From assembly GCA_050613775.1 (NCBI GenBank), contig JBODTK010000127.1:62001-126000 (forward strand): DNA of 64,000 nucleotides, in the 5' to 3' direction. The notes beneath the pieces were generated by a model that saw only the letters and a program-made list of their open reading frames with translations, was not told the DNA's origin and did no database searches. The first letter of the stretch is position 1; each line of letters starts with the position of its first letter. Positions 27,220 to 38,562 of this stretch are shown in pieces. The position numbers were made by a program, and so were the translations under genes. The DNA comes from Neocallimastix sp. 'constans'. Its lineage: Eukaryota.

Positions 27220-28215
27220 ATGCATTTTTATAAATCAATTATATTATCATTATCTATAATTACTTGTTTTATAAGTAATGCATTAGCGGTTGTTCAATAC
27301 ACATTACATAAATCTGCAAATCCAAATGACGACGAACGTGATGCCTACGCTCGTATCACTCAAGTAATGGATGAAGCATTATACTATTACAACACTTATA
27401 CTACTCTTAACAAATTTATCAATGTTTATTATTCTTCTGGAGTACCAACCGCAGAAGCAAGTAGCAACGGTGATCTCAGATTTGGCAAAGATCGTAATTA
27501 TATGTTTGTAGGAACAGCTATGCATGAAATTGCTCACACCATGGGTATGGGAACTACTAATGAATATAGAAGTATGTTTGTTAATGGTGTTTTTCAGGGC
27601 CAAAAAGCTCAAGCATTACTTAGAGAAATCGATGGACCTAATGCAGTTCTCAAAGGTGATAGTCAACACTTTTGGCCTTATGGTCTTAATTACAGAAGTG
27701 AAGTTAAATCTAAACAAGATTTAATCAATAATGCAAGAATTGTCGATGCTATGTATCAAGATATCTTTAATAAATCAAGCGCAAGTGCTCCACAACCAGC
27801 TCCCCAAACAAATGCTCCCCAAGTAAGTTCACAACAGGGAAGAATTAAGTCACTTGCTAATGGCAGATGTATGGGAATAACTAATACAAATACCCTTGAA
27901 TTAATGGATTGCGGTAATCCAGCAACTTTAGTAAAGGTTTACACAATACCAACAGGTAATAATCCGGTCTATCGTATTGAACTTGGTTCACGTGTAGTAG
28001 ATATTCCTAACGAATCAACAGCAGCTGGTGTAAAGGCTTCTACCTGGCAATATAATAATGGTGCACACCAAAAATATATATTCGAAGGTTCACCAAGTTC
28101 CCTTCTTTTGAAAAATTCCAAGAGTGGACTTTATCTTCAAGCTGTTGGTAACGACATTATTCAAAATCCATTGTCAAACAATAACAGAGCAAGTTTTACC
28201 TGGCAAATGGTTTAA
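27220..28215 (+). CDS. Secreted putative zinc metallopeptidase (HEXXH) with C-terminal ricin-B lectin domain; intronless
   Basis: Signal peptide; [11 protein letters not shown]; Pro/Gln linker; ricin motifs ([36 protein letters not shown]). Confidence 0.85.
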   Translation: MHFYKSIILSLSIITCFISNALAVVQYTLHKSANPNDDERDAYARITQVMDEALYYYNTYTTLNKFINVYYSSGVPTAEASSNGDLRFGKDRNYMFVGTAMHEIAHTMGMGTTNEYRSMFVNGVFQGQKAQALLREIDGPNAVLKGDSQHFWPYGLNYRSEVKSKQDLINNARIVDAMYQDIFNKSSASAPQPAPQTNAPQVSSQQGRIKSLANGRCMGITNTNTLELMDCGNPATLVKVYTIPTGNNPVYRIELGSRVVDIPNESTAAGVKASTWQYNNGAHQKYIFEGSPSSLLLKNSKSGLYLQAVGNDIIQNPLSNNNRASFTWQMV

Positions 28216-28819
28216 TTCAAATAGCTTTTTTTTTTTCAATTTTTTAAGAAAAAATAAAATACAAGATAAAATTTAAGATTTTTATTAAAAAAAAATAAAA
28301 AAAATCAAGTAATATAAAATAATGAATTTTAAATATTTTTTTGAATCATTTTATATGTAATTATTAAAAAGGAAAAAATGGTTTATATTTTCTTATATTA
28401 TTATTATAAAATATTATATATAATTTTTTTTATTATTTAAACTGTATAATAGAAATAAAATAAAAGTGAAATTTTCATCCATAACATTAAATTTTTTATT
28501 ATTAATAAATCCAATTTATTTTTAATATAAATAAATAAAATTCTTTTTTTATATCATATATGTTCTATATTTAAATATATGTATAATTTTATTATATCAG
28601 AAATTATAATTTATTTTATTATTTTTTTTTTTTTGTTTTGTTTTTTCATTTATTTACTTTTAATTATAATATATAAATTTTTAATGTTGTATTAAATTAA
28701 TTGAGTCATTTACATTAAAAGTTAAAATAAATCAAAATTAAATCTGACGTCAAAAATTATTATAAACATTATTCATATATTATTTGTAGTAGTTGTATGA
28801 TACAATTATATATTAATTC

Positions 28820-28859
<40 letters not shown>

Positions 28860-28899
28860 GCTATATTAAGTATAGTAGATATAATAGTAGATATTGTAG

Positions 28900-29565
28900 T
28901 ATCTGATGACAAAGATTTAACTTATATAAAACATCAAACCTTTTTCTGATTGCCCTAATGTTAATGCTTTCTCGGATCAATTTACTCAATATCACAAATT
29001 ATGTAAGACTATTAAAAAAAGTAAAGGTACTATTCATTCAAACTGTTATAAATCAAATATTGTTGATAATCTTTTTTACATCTAAAGATTATCACCATGG
29101 ATGGATCGGTCTAAAAAAATTACCTAAACCAATATAATCGCCTTCCCATCCCCATTCTGTTAAATCCAAAAATGGACAAGATTTATTTCCTCTGAGGATC
29201 AACTTTATCGATGGACTGAACATTATAGAAATTTAGCTTCAGATTTTACTGGATATAGTCTTAATAATGAATGATGGGCAAATGTTTTCCGTGATAATCA
29301 ACGTAATCCTATTACATGGAAAATTAATAAATCTATCTCTTTTTCTGAAATTAGAAATACTGTACTTTCTATGAAAAGTAATAAAACACCTGGTTCAGAT
29401 GATACTACTATTAAATTTTATGAAGAACTTTTATGTAACAAAGAATTGGAAGAAAGATTCCATGATACGGGTAAATACCTTAAAATCGTTTTCAATTATA
29501 TCTGAGAAGAATCGTTTCCAAATGACTGGAACTCTACTTCAATTGTATCTATTATAAAAAAGGAA
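28900..29565 (+). mobile_element. Degenerate LINE ORF2 fragment (pre-RT/RT N-terminus)
   Basis: ISFSEIRNTVLSMKSNKTPGSDD..IKFY...FNYI*EESFPNDWNSTSIVSI, resembling the KAPGPDG and P..W..S.IV.I.KK motifs. Confidence 0.8.
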
Positions 29566-29703
29566 AAAAATATTATTAAACATAACTAATAAATAATAAA
29601 AATAAGATTGAATATTATTTAATCGAAATAAATTAATACAATTCTATAAAATAAAAAAAAATATATTTTTTCTTATTGATTTTGTATAAATAAAAATATA
29701 ACA

Positions 29704-29743
<40 letters not shown>

Positions 29744-29957
29744 ATTTGATTAATTAAATTATATAATTTAATAATTCTATAATAATTGTTGAGACCAATA
29801 AATGATTGAATTTACTTAACGGTTGAGGGAACAGCCCAATATAGTATTAATATATAATCTTTTTTCTATCCATATTTATTTTATTTTGAGTGATTTTTAA
29901 AATTTTGCGAAGTTTATGGATATTATATAAACTCTATATATTAAACTAATGAATTTT

Positions 29958-30165
29958 TAAGACCTTCTAATACTTCTGACAGATTTTGGAAATCCATTGA
30001 AATTGATTTTCTTTATTGATTTCCTAATTAACCTAATCCTAATGACTGTTCTATTATTATAGTTGTTATTGATCGATTTTCGAAAATGATTCATTTCATC
30101 CTTATGAAAGATATTCTGGATACTGAGGAATCTGTTAAAGCTTTCCTTATTTCTGTATTTAGGTG
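29958..30165 (+). mobile_element. Ty3/gypsy integrase core fragment
   Basis: RFWKSIEIDF...IIIVVIDRFSKMIHFI. Confidence 0.8.
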
Positions 30166-30167
30166 AG

Positions 30168-30221
<54 letters not shown>

Positions 30222-30689
30222 CATTTTTTTTCCAATCAAACAAAAGAAATGTTATAAAAATAATAATTAATTAGTAATGATATTTTTGGATTCATGATGT
30301 TTTATTATTATATGTCATTGCTATTCAATTATAACAATTATGTACTCAACTATTAACAATTATTCATATAAACTTTTATACAAAATTTTATTCAAAATTG
30401 TTTTATTCAATTTCAATTTAATTAAAATTAATTTTTTTTTTCTGTCTCATTAAATGATATTTGATTAAATATTTATAATAAATTATTTCACATTTTAATT
30501 AATATAATTGTTAAATTTTTATTTGTCTGTAATGAAATTCATGGATTAACATATTTTGTTTTAAAACGGAAACTTTCATTAATATTAAAGTTGGAAATTT
30601 TGGAATGGGTAACAGGAGGTTTCTTATTTTCAAAGAAGGAGTAAACTTCAACATAAAAAAAGAATTATTAAGATATTTTTTTAAAATTT

Positions 30690-30960
30690 AAGGACATAGG
30701 AGTGAAAAGGATGGCTCTTTGAAACCATTAGAAACAGTTGCATAGTCATAATGACCCAAAAAAAGAATCAGATTTCCATCAGAAGCGCCAAAACTGTTTA
30801 AAATATTAAAATTAGAGTAAATAATAAAGTGGTTGTGTAGTATCCTTATAAAGATACCTCTAGTTTTCAAGGGAAACAACAATTGTCAAAAACTACTTAT
30901 CATATATGAAAATTATTTTAAGCTCTCTGAAGAGATTTTAAGTTGAAAGATACAGGATGA
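30690..30960 (-). mobile_element. Ty3/gypsy RNase H fragment
   Basis: HPVSF..KSL..A*NN..IYDK*FLTIVVSLEN*RYL..TTQP/FIIYS...FLGHYDY, matching the gypsy RNase H consensus (YDKELLAI, WRHYL). Confidence 0.7.
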
Positions 30961-31914
30961 TGATAAGAATTGAAATTGAATAATTAAAAATTAGTAATAA
31001 ATTAATATATTTATGACAAAAAATTTTTAAATATAAAATATATTATTAAATTTTAACTTCAAAATTATAATATAAAATATAAAAATAATAATTAAAAACA
31101 ACAAAATATTAGATTTTAAATAATTTAATCTTATAAAATAATATAAATATATTAAACAGAATATTTTCAAATAATTATTAAAATTAAAATACATAACTAG
31201 TTTATTTCATAACTTTTTAAAATTCATTCTCCGTTTAAAATTAAAAGTAAATTTGTAAATAATTGTAAAATAATACCTATATTTTTATTTTTTTTTTTTT
31301 TTTTTAGAAATATGAAAATTATTATAGCTAGATTGTTATATTTTAAATCGTATATGTTTAAACCGTTTTCTTTATTTTAAAAACATACCATTTTCATGCA
31401 TAATAACTTTTTTGTTAAATAAGACTTGTAAGTCGAAATAAAAAATAATTATTTATCTGAAATTAAAAATTAATAAATTTGTTATTTTTGTAAAAGAAAG
31501 CATTTCTAATAAATTTAAATATTTTCAATATTTTGAAGATTTATTTCTTGAAAATTAATTTTTTTATAAAACTATATAAAATTTTTATTGAAAATTATTT
31601 ATTGACAAATTAATATCGCTTTTAGAAGTAAATTCCAAATTTGGATAATAAATACTACTTGTCAATGAATAGCATTGTCTTTGGAATATTTTTTGGAGAT
31701 TATTACATCAAATGCAAATTTTGAATAACCAGTTTCTATGATGAAATCATAATTTGGATATAATGATTTCATTAAAAAAAAATTATAATAAAACAAAACA
31801 AAAATTTTTAAAAACACCTAAAACAAAATAGTACTTAAAACTATATCAAATTAATTATCGAATCATATATATTTTATGATCAATCAATGCTAAAATGGCA
31901 TACAAATACAATCA

Positions 31915-32120
31915 AACAACCATATATCATTATATTAATATATATACTATATCATTGTATTTGAATGCCTAAAACTAGCAATATTGTTGATATATTATAA
32001 CAGATGCAGTTAATCGCACACATATATATTTATACAGATATTAGCATATTATATTGGCATTCAAATACAAATATATGATAATGGCATATATATTAATATT
32101 ATATAAATGATATAGGTTTT
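31915..32120. repeat. Imperfect palindrome (possible MITE relic)
   Basis: ttgtatttgaatgcc (~31954) vs ggcattcaaatacaa (~32057), with further complementary flanks. Confidence 0.55.
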
Positions 32121-33012
32121 ATACAAATATATGCTATAAATATATCGATTTTTGAATGTAATAAAAAAATCAAAAAATCAATAAAAATTTCTTATTAAAA
32201 ATTCACTTTGCTTATGATAATCTTTTAAAAATAATATTATTAACTATTAATAGTTTCATTTTTTTTTTCGGTTTATAATAAACAATATAAAATTAAATAT
32301 ATTTATAATAAATAAATTAACAAATAATAAATATATATATATCCAATAAATAATAAAAAAATTCATTATACTAAAATTTAACTTAAAACAAAATTAAAAA
32401 CTTTACAATTTTCATTATAAAATTTATTTATTGATATATATTTCAATTATTAATGTTATTTTTTTTTTGAAATATATAAATACATAAAATTAATAATTTT
32501 ATTTTTATTTTATGTATATTTTATATTTATTAATAATAATAAAATTATAATAAAAAAAAAAAAAATGAAATTTTATTTTAAAATTTTATATCTAATAGTT
32601 ATATTTAATTTAATATAGTTTTATATATAAATATAAATTGGTAAAATAAAAGTAATTTTAAACAAAAATGATTAAAACTATATTTTAACAATATGATAAA
32701 GCATGCCTTGGTTCAAATTCTCTTGTTGGGAGAAGTTATATTTAAGTTGTTATTTAATTATAAATTTTTATTTTTTTATTATTTAAAAGTAAGTTAAGAA
32801 TTTATTTAATACATGTATTTATTAATTAATTTGAAAATATAAAAGAAATTATTAGTAATTTGGCATAAAATATTGCAAAGAATAATTATAAAGAATTATT
32901 CTTGCTTTTATATTTGTAATTCATAATAAACTATTTAATTAATTAATTATTAGAATAGCTATTAAGTATTTAAAGTATTTAATATAAAAGTATAAAATAA
33001 AATATAGAATAT

Positions 33013-33198
33013 TTCACTAATTAATATTGCATATTCTTGCTTACGAGCAATACTAACTTCTAATTCATTAATAACCTTAATAATTTCATCAGCCTTTACT
33101 TTTGTAGATTCATCAGTTTCTTCTAATTGTTGACCTTCTCTTCTTAATGGACCAACTCTTTCTAATATATCAGAATATGAAGTTTGAGCAATAACCCA
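33013..33198 (-). pseudogene. DYN1: Isolated cytoplasmic dynein heavy chain stalk (CC2) fragment
   Basis: [27 protein letters not shown]...[24 protein letters not shown]; resembles recalled dynein-1 stalk sequence W..AQ..Y..ML.RV.PLR...LE.SIARYKEEYA.LISE. Confidence 0.8.
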
Positions 33199-33374
33199 AG
33201 GACGCCACCTATAGCGGGCTCTGCTTTCCCTTGAGGATCACGTAGGGCGCTTCTATATGGAGTTTCTTTGCTTATGGGGAGTTGAGAGCGCCGACGCCGT
33301 ACAGGTATGGCAGTTAATCATACACCCATATTAACATATGGGGGAGACAAAAGTCTTCAGTCTATAAAAAAAAA
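33199..33374 (+). mobile_element. GC-rich element ending in poly(A), probable non-LTR retroelement 3' end
   Basis: Abrupt GC-rich island followed by an A run at ~33366. Confidence 0.5.
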
Positions 33375-34483
33375 TATATATATATATAAAATATTAAAAT
33401 AAAGCATTCATAAAATAATAATATTATTAGAAATTTACTATAATTAATAAAATATAAAATATTAATATAAAATAATAATTATTAAAATAATTAAAAATAT
33501 AATAAAAAACAACATAAAATAATATAAAAATAATAAAAAAAAATTATAAATTATTTCAATTTTAACATAACATAAAATTTATGTTACATTAATTTTTATG
33601 CTCCTCATAATTTTATGTCTTTATGTATTTTTAATTTTATCACGTTATTTGCGATCACGTTTAATTTATGTCATGTAATTACAAATGATTTATTAATTTA
33701 TTTTTATGTAATTATTAATAAAATAATTTATTACTAATTAAAGTTTTTATTTCAGTTTATATCAAATATATATTATTTAAAATTATTCAGTTTGATGCTT
33801 TCTGTACAACATAGAGGAGAATATTACTCATATTACTATAATAATAAGCATTTAATAGATATAGGTATTATGTAATAATGTTATTAAAAATTAATAAAAG
33901 TCATTATCATATATTAACTAAAATTTAATAAAATTATGACTTATATTAAATTAAAATAGATAATATTATTGCTATAAAGAATTTTATTTACCAATATATA
34001 ATTAAATATTTAATAATGTATTGTTATATATTAATAATTAATTGTAATATATTAATTATTCTATTTTTTTATAGTAATTGCAAATCATTTTATTTTAGAG
34101 AAATTGAAAGATAACTAAATAAAATAAAATAAAATAATAATCCTTATATAAAAAGTCTTTTTTTTTTTTTATTATTCTAAAAATTATTTTTTTTATATAT
34201 TATTGAAAAAGTAATTTTCTTTTCTGGTTATTTTAAACCTTTTTTTTTTTTTTATTAATTTTTTGATAAAATAAATAAAAAAAGAAAAAAAAAAAAAATT
34301 TAAAATAAAAAAAATAAAAAAAAAAACTTAGAAATTAAAAAATATACATATATATAAACAAAAACAAAACAGAAAATAGAATTAATAAAATTTTTTTATT
34401 AAGGATTAATTCTAATAAATTTTATTTGTTTTATTGGATCTTTAATTATAAATTTTCAATTTGGTACTTAAATAATTGAAATA

Positions 34484-36243
34484 ATGTTATTTTTAAGATC
34501 AATTATATTATCATTATCTATAATTACTTGTTTTATAAGTAATGCATTAGCGGTTGTTCAATACACATTACATAAATCTGCAAATCCAAATGACGACGAA
34601 CGTGATGCCTACGCTCGTATCACTCAAGTAATGGATGAAGCATTATACTATTACAACACTTATACTACTCTTAACAAATTTATCAATGTTTATTATTCTT
34701 CTGGAGTACCAACCGCAGAAGCAAGTAGCAACGGTGATCTCAGATTTGGCAAAGACCGTAATTATATGTATGTAGGAACAGCTATGCATGAAATTGCTCA
34801 CACCATGGGTATGGGAACTACTAATGAATATAGAAGTATGTTTGTTAATGGTGTTTTTCAGGGCCAAAAAGCTCAAGCATTACTTAGAGAAATCGATGGA
34901 CCTAATGCAGTTCTCAAAGGTGATAGTCAACACTTTTGGCCTTATGGTCTTAATTACAGAAGTGAAGTTAAATCTAATCAAGATTTAATAAATCATGCAA
35001 AAATTGTTAATGCCATGTACCAAGATATTTTTAAAGAATCAGGCCCTACCCAAGTAAGAATCAAGTCACTTGCTAATGGTAAATGTATGGGAATAACTAA
35101 TTCAAATACCCTTGAATTAATGGACTGTGGTAATTCTGCAACTTTGATAAAGGTATACGCTATGTCATCTGGTAATGATACGGTCTATCGTATTGAACTT
35201 GGTTCACGTGTGATAGATATTCCTAACGAATCGACTGCCGCTGGTATAAAGGCTTCAACCTGGCAATATAATAATGGAGCACACCAAAAGTATATATTCG
35301 AAACTGCAGAATCTACAAAAGTTCCAGAAACCGTGACTAGTTGCTGGTCAGAAAGTCAAGGATACAAATGTTGTAAAGGCTGTAGAATTATTTTCGAAGA
35401 TGAATCTGGTAAATATAATTATAATTTTTATGATTTAAGAAAAAATGTTTTATAAAATATGTATATGTAATTTAAAATAAAATAATTAATATTACAAATT
35501 AGTAATTTAGTATGAAATAAGTAATGATTTATTCAATATATAATTATATCAGTAAAATTATTTTTTTAAAATATTTAATTATATTAAATTTAATTTTTTT
35601 TTTTTTTTTTTTTTAAAAAAAAGTTAATTGATATAAATTAAAGAATAATAAATTCATATAATATTGGACTAAATTTAAATAATTATGAAATTATTACTAA
35701 TGATACTAATAAAGTTAAATTTTATGAAGTTAATTAAATTTAATAATTAGATGTTAATGTTTTTACTAATTAAAAAATAATAATAAAAATTAAAAGGTAA
35801 ATGGGGTGTTGAAAATGATGATTGGTGTGGTATTGAAGATTCAGTATGTAATAGTTCTACATGTTGGTCACTTCCAGGTAAATAATAATTGTAAAAAAAA
35901 AATTAAAGAAAAATATTAATATTTAAAAGCACATAGTATTATATTATTGATGAAATAAAGTAATTAATTAAAAAATATTTATAATATTATAGATTATCCA
36001 TGTTGTAAAGAAAATACTAATGTAGTATATTCTGACGAAAATGGTGACTGGAGTATTGAAAATGACGACTGGTGCGGTATTAATAAATCTACTTCAAATA
36101 ATAAAAATGATTCAAAGACTAAAACAATTTATTTGAAAAATTACAAGAGTGGACATTATCTTCAAGCTGTGGGTAACGATATATATCAAAATCCATTATC
36201 AAAAAATAATAATAGTTTTATCTGGCAAATGATAATGCTTTAA
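34484..36243 (+). CDS. Secreted HEXXH peptidase/ricin-lectin paralog with tandem fungal dockerins (CBM10-like) inserted within the ricin domain; exons 34484-35408, 35797-35877, 35993-36243
   Basis: Spliced product: ...[47 protein letters not shown]. Both introns are phase-1 GT-AG. Confidence 0.88.
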
Positions 36244-36590
36244 TATTTCAAATAAATTTGTTTTTTAATCATTTGAATATGTATATTCAAATAATTTTTG
36301 TTAACACGATTTATAAAAAAATCAAATAAAATTATTTAAAAAGTTATTTCAAAGTAAAAATATCTATATTTTCTTAATATATAATAATAAATAAATAAAT
36401 AAATAAATAAAAATAATTATATATATATATAATATTATAATAATGTGTATAGTTCATATAGTTCATATAGAAGAGAACTCAAATAATGTATAATAATAAG
36501 CTTTAAAATAAATAAAATGGTAAAAAGAAGGTTATTCCAAATGGAAATAATAATATATTCTATTATTGTAATAGAAATGTCATTTAAATT

Positions 36591-36630
<40 letters not shown>

Positions 36631-36659
36631 TTTCGTTTTGTTTCGTTTTATGTTTCTGT

Positions 36660-37000
36660 TTGAGATATTTATCAAAAGAAGAAAATTTAATGAATATATT
36701 ACATTTCTTGCTTTTCTTGACCTCAAAAAAGCTTATGATTTAGTTCCAATTTAATATTGGTATTCGTAGTAAATGCCTTCAGTTCATTACCAATCTATAA
36801 CTCTTTCAAACTTTATATTTAAAAGCATCCAAACACTAACATCTATATTGATATTATTTGTATTAAACTTGTGCAAAATAATACATTTGTGTGTAGTGGT
36901 GCCCATTTGTTGATGATATTATTTTATTTTCCCCTGCAAAATCCTCTCTTAAAAACCCTTTAAATAAAGCTTATGATTGGGGTATAAGAAATGAAATTTT
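36660..37000 (+). mobile_element. Degenerate LINE reverse transcriptase fragment
   Basis: TFLAFLDLKKAYDLVP ... FVDDIILF. Confidence 0.75.
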
Positions 37001-38197
37001 AATATATTTTGAAGTTCATGTAATTTTTTAATAAATATTATTAAATAAAGTTTATTCCTAATTTAAAAAAAAAAAAAAATGTAATATGACTCAGTTCAAA
37101 TTCTGTTTCAAAAATGTATACTTATCATAAATACAAATAAATCGAATTATTCTTTTATATATATTAATATGTATTTTTTTCCATATTTAAATATTAAATG
37201 ACTTAGTTTAATTCGAATTTTAGTAGCTTTTTATTTTTAGATTCATTATATTAGACCAATTTTTATATAATGACTAAAATGACATTTTCAGATTCATAAA
37301 ACTAATTTTTTTGTTAATAATCATTATATAAGTGGTATATAAAAGCTTAAAATTTTTGTTTATATTTTTGAGATATTATTTAAATTTTTGAATAAATTAT
37401 TTATTATTATTTATAGCTTTATTTGATATTGATGAATATTGGTCGGAATAATTAAATAGTAATTAATAATTAATAATTAATAATTTTAATAAAAATAATC
37501 CATAATTAATAATTAGTAATTTTAATTAATAATGAAGTATATTGTGTTACTTATAAATAATAGAAAATGAAAAGTTTATTGATTATAAATAAAGTTGATT
37601 AACATAAAAGTTCTAGTTAGTTGGACTATGACTAATATATTAAATGAATTAATACTTATATGTTAATAAATTATATAAATTTAATGATATAAAATGAAAA
37701 TAATAATAATTAATAAAATATTTTATTAATAATTACATAAAAATAAATTAAAAAGTATTAAATTATCACTTGATTTGATATAAAACAAATATGTATAGTA
37801 ATATATTTGTATATTTAATAATAATTATTAAATATTAAATTTATATATTTTTGATAATTATTTTATTTTATTTTATTTCAATATGTATTATTATAATTAT
37901 AATAAAAATATTACTTTAATTCATATATAATTTATATACTTTTATATATTAGAATATATAATTAATATATTACCTATTTCTTATAAATAGATTAAATTAT
38001 TTATATTAGAAATGAATCTAGTGTGTTTCGCAATCGTGAATTTCTCAATATGGCGTATTTTTGTATGTGGCTTGTTTTTTAATAATTAAATAAATAATAA
38101 ATGATCTTTTTATATATATATAATTTATTAATATTTAATAAAATAATTTTTTATAATTCTTTTTTAATAGAATATATTATTATTTCTTTTGAAATAG

Positions 38198-38273
38198 TTA
38201 TTTAATAATTTTTTTTTTTTTTTTTTTAACGACCGTAGCAGGATTTCTCCACAGCTGCACATTATTTAATAAT
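38198..38273 (-). mobile_element. Very short second copy of the 14.5 kb retroelement 3' end with 12-bp TSD
   Basis: Poly-T + aacgaccgtagcaggatttctccacagctgcac, flanked by ttatttaataat on both sides. Confidence 0.75.
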
Positions 38274-38562
38274 ATTTAATTGAAAAATATATTATTTTTT
38301 TTGAAATAATAATTATAAAAATATATTATTACTTCTTTTAAAATAATAATTATTTATTTATTTATTTATGATTGTATGAAATATCTTACAATCCCCATTA
38401 GAAATCGAGGACTCTCTTGTAAATTTTAGGAATTAGAATTATTATTTTAATTGACGGATATTATAATTTTATTTTATTAATAAATTTTACTAAACAACCA
38501 TTATTAAAAAAACCCACTGCTTATGAATTATTGTATAGGGATACGCTGGCGAAATGCACCCT

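Noticed and set aside
32700..32740. B-box-like GGTTCAAATTC
   Set aside because: No tRNA cloverleaf around it.
35409..35455. Stop at 35455 as the end of the second peptidase gene
   Set aside because: The frame runs into a GT-AG intron; the dockerin sequence continues at 35797.
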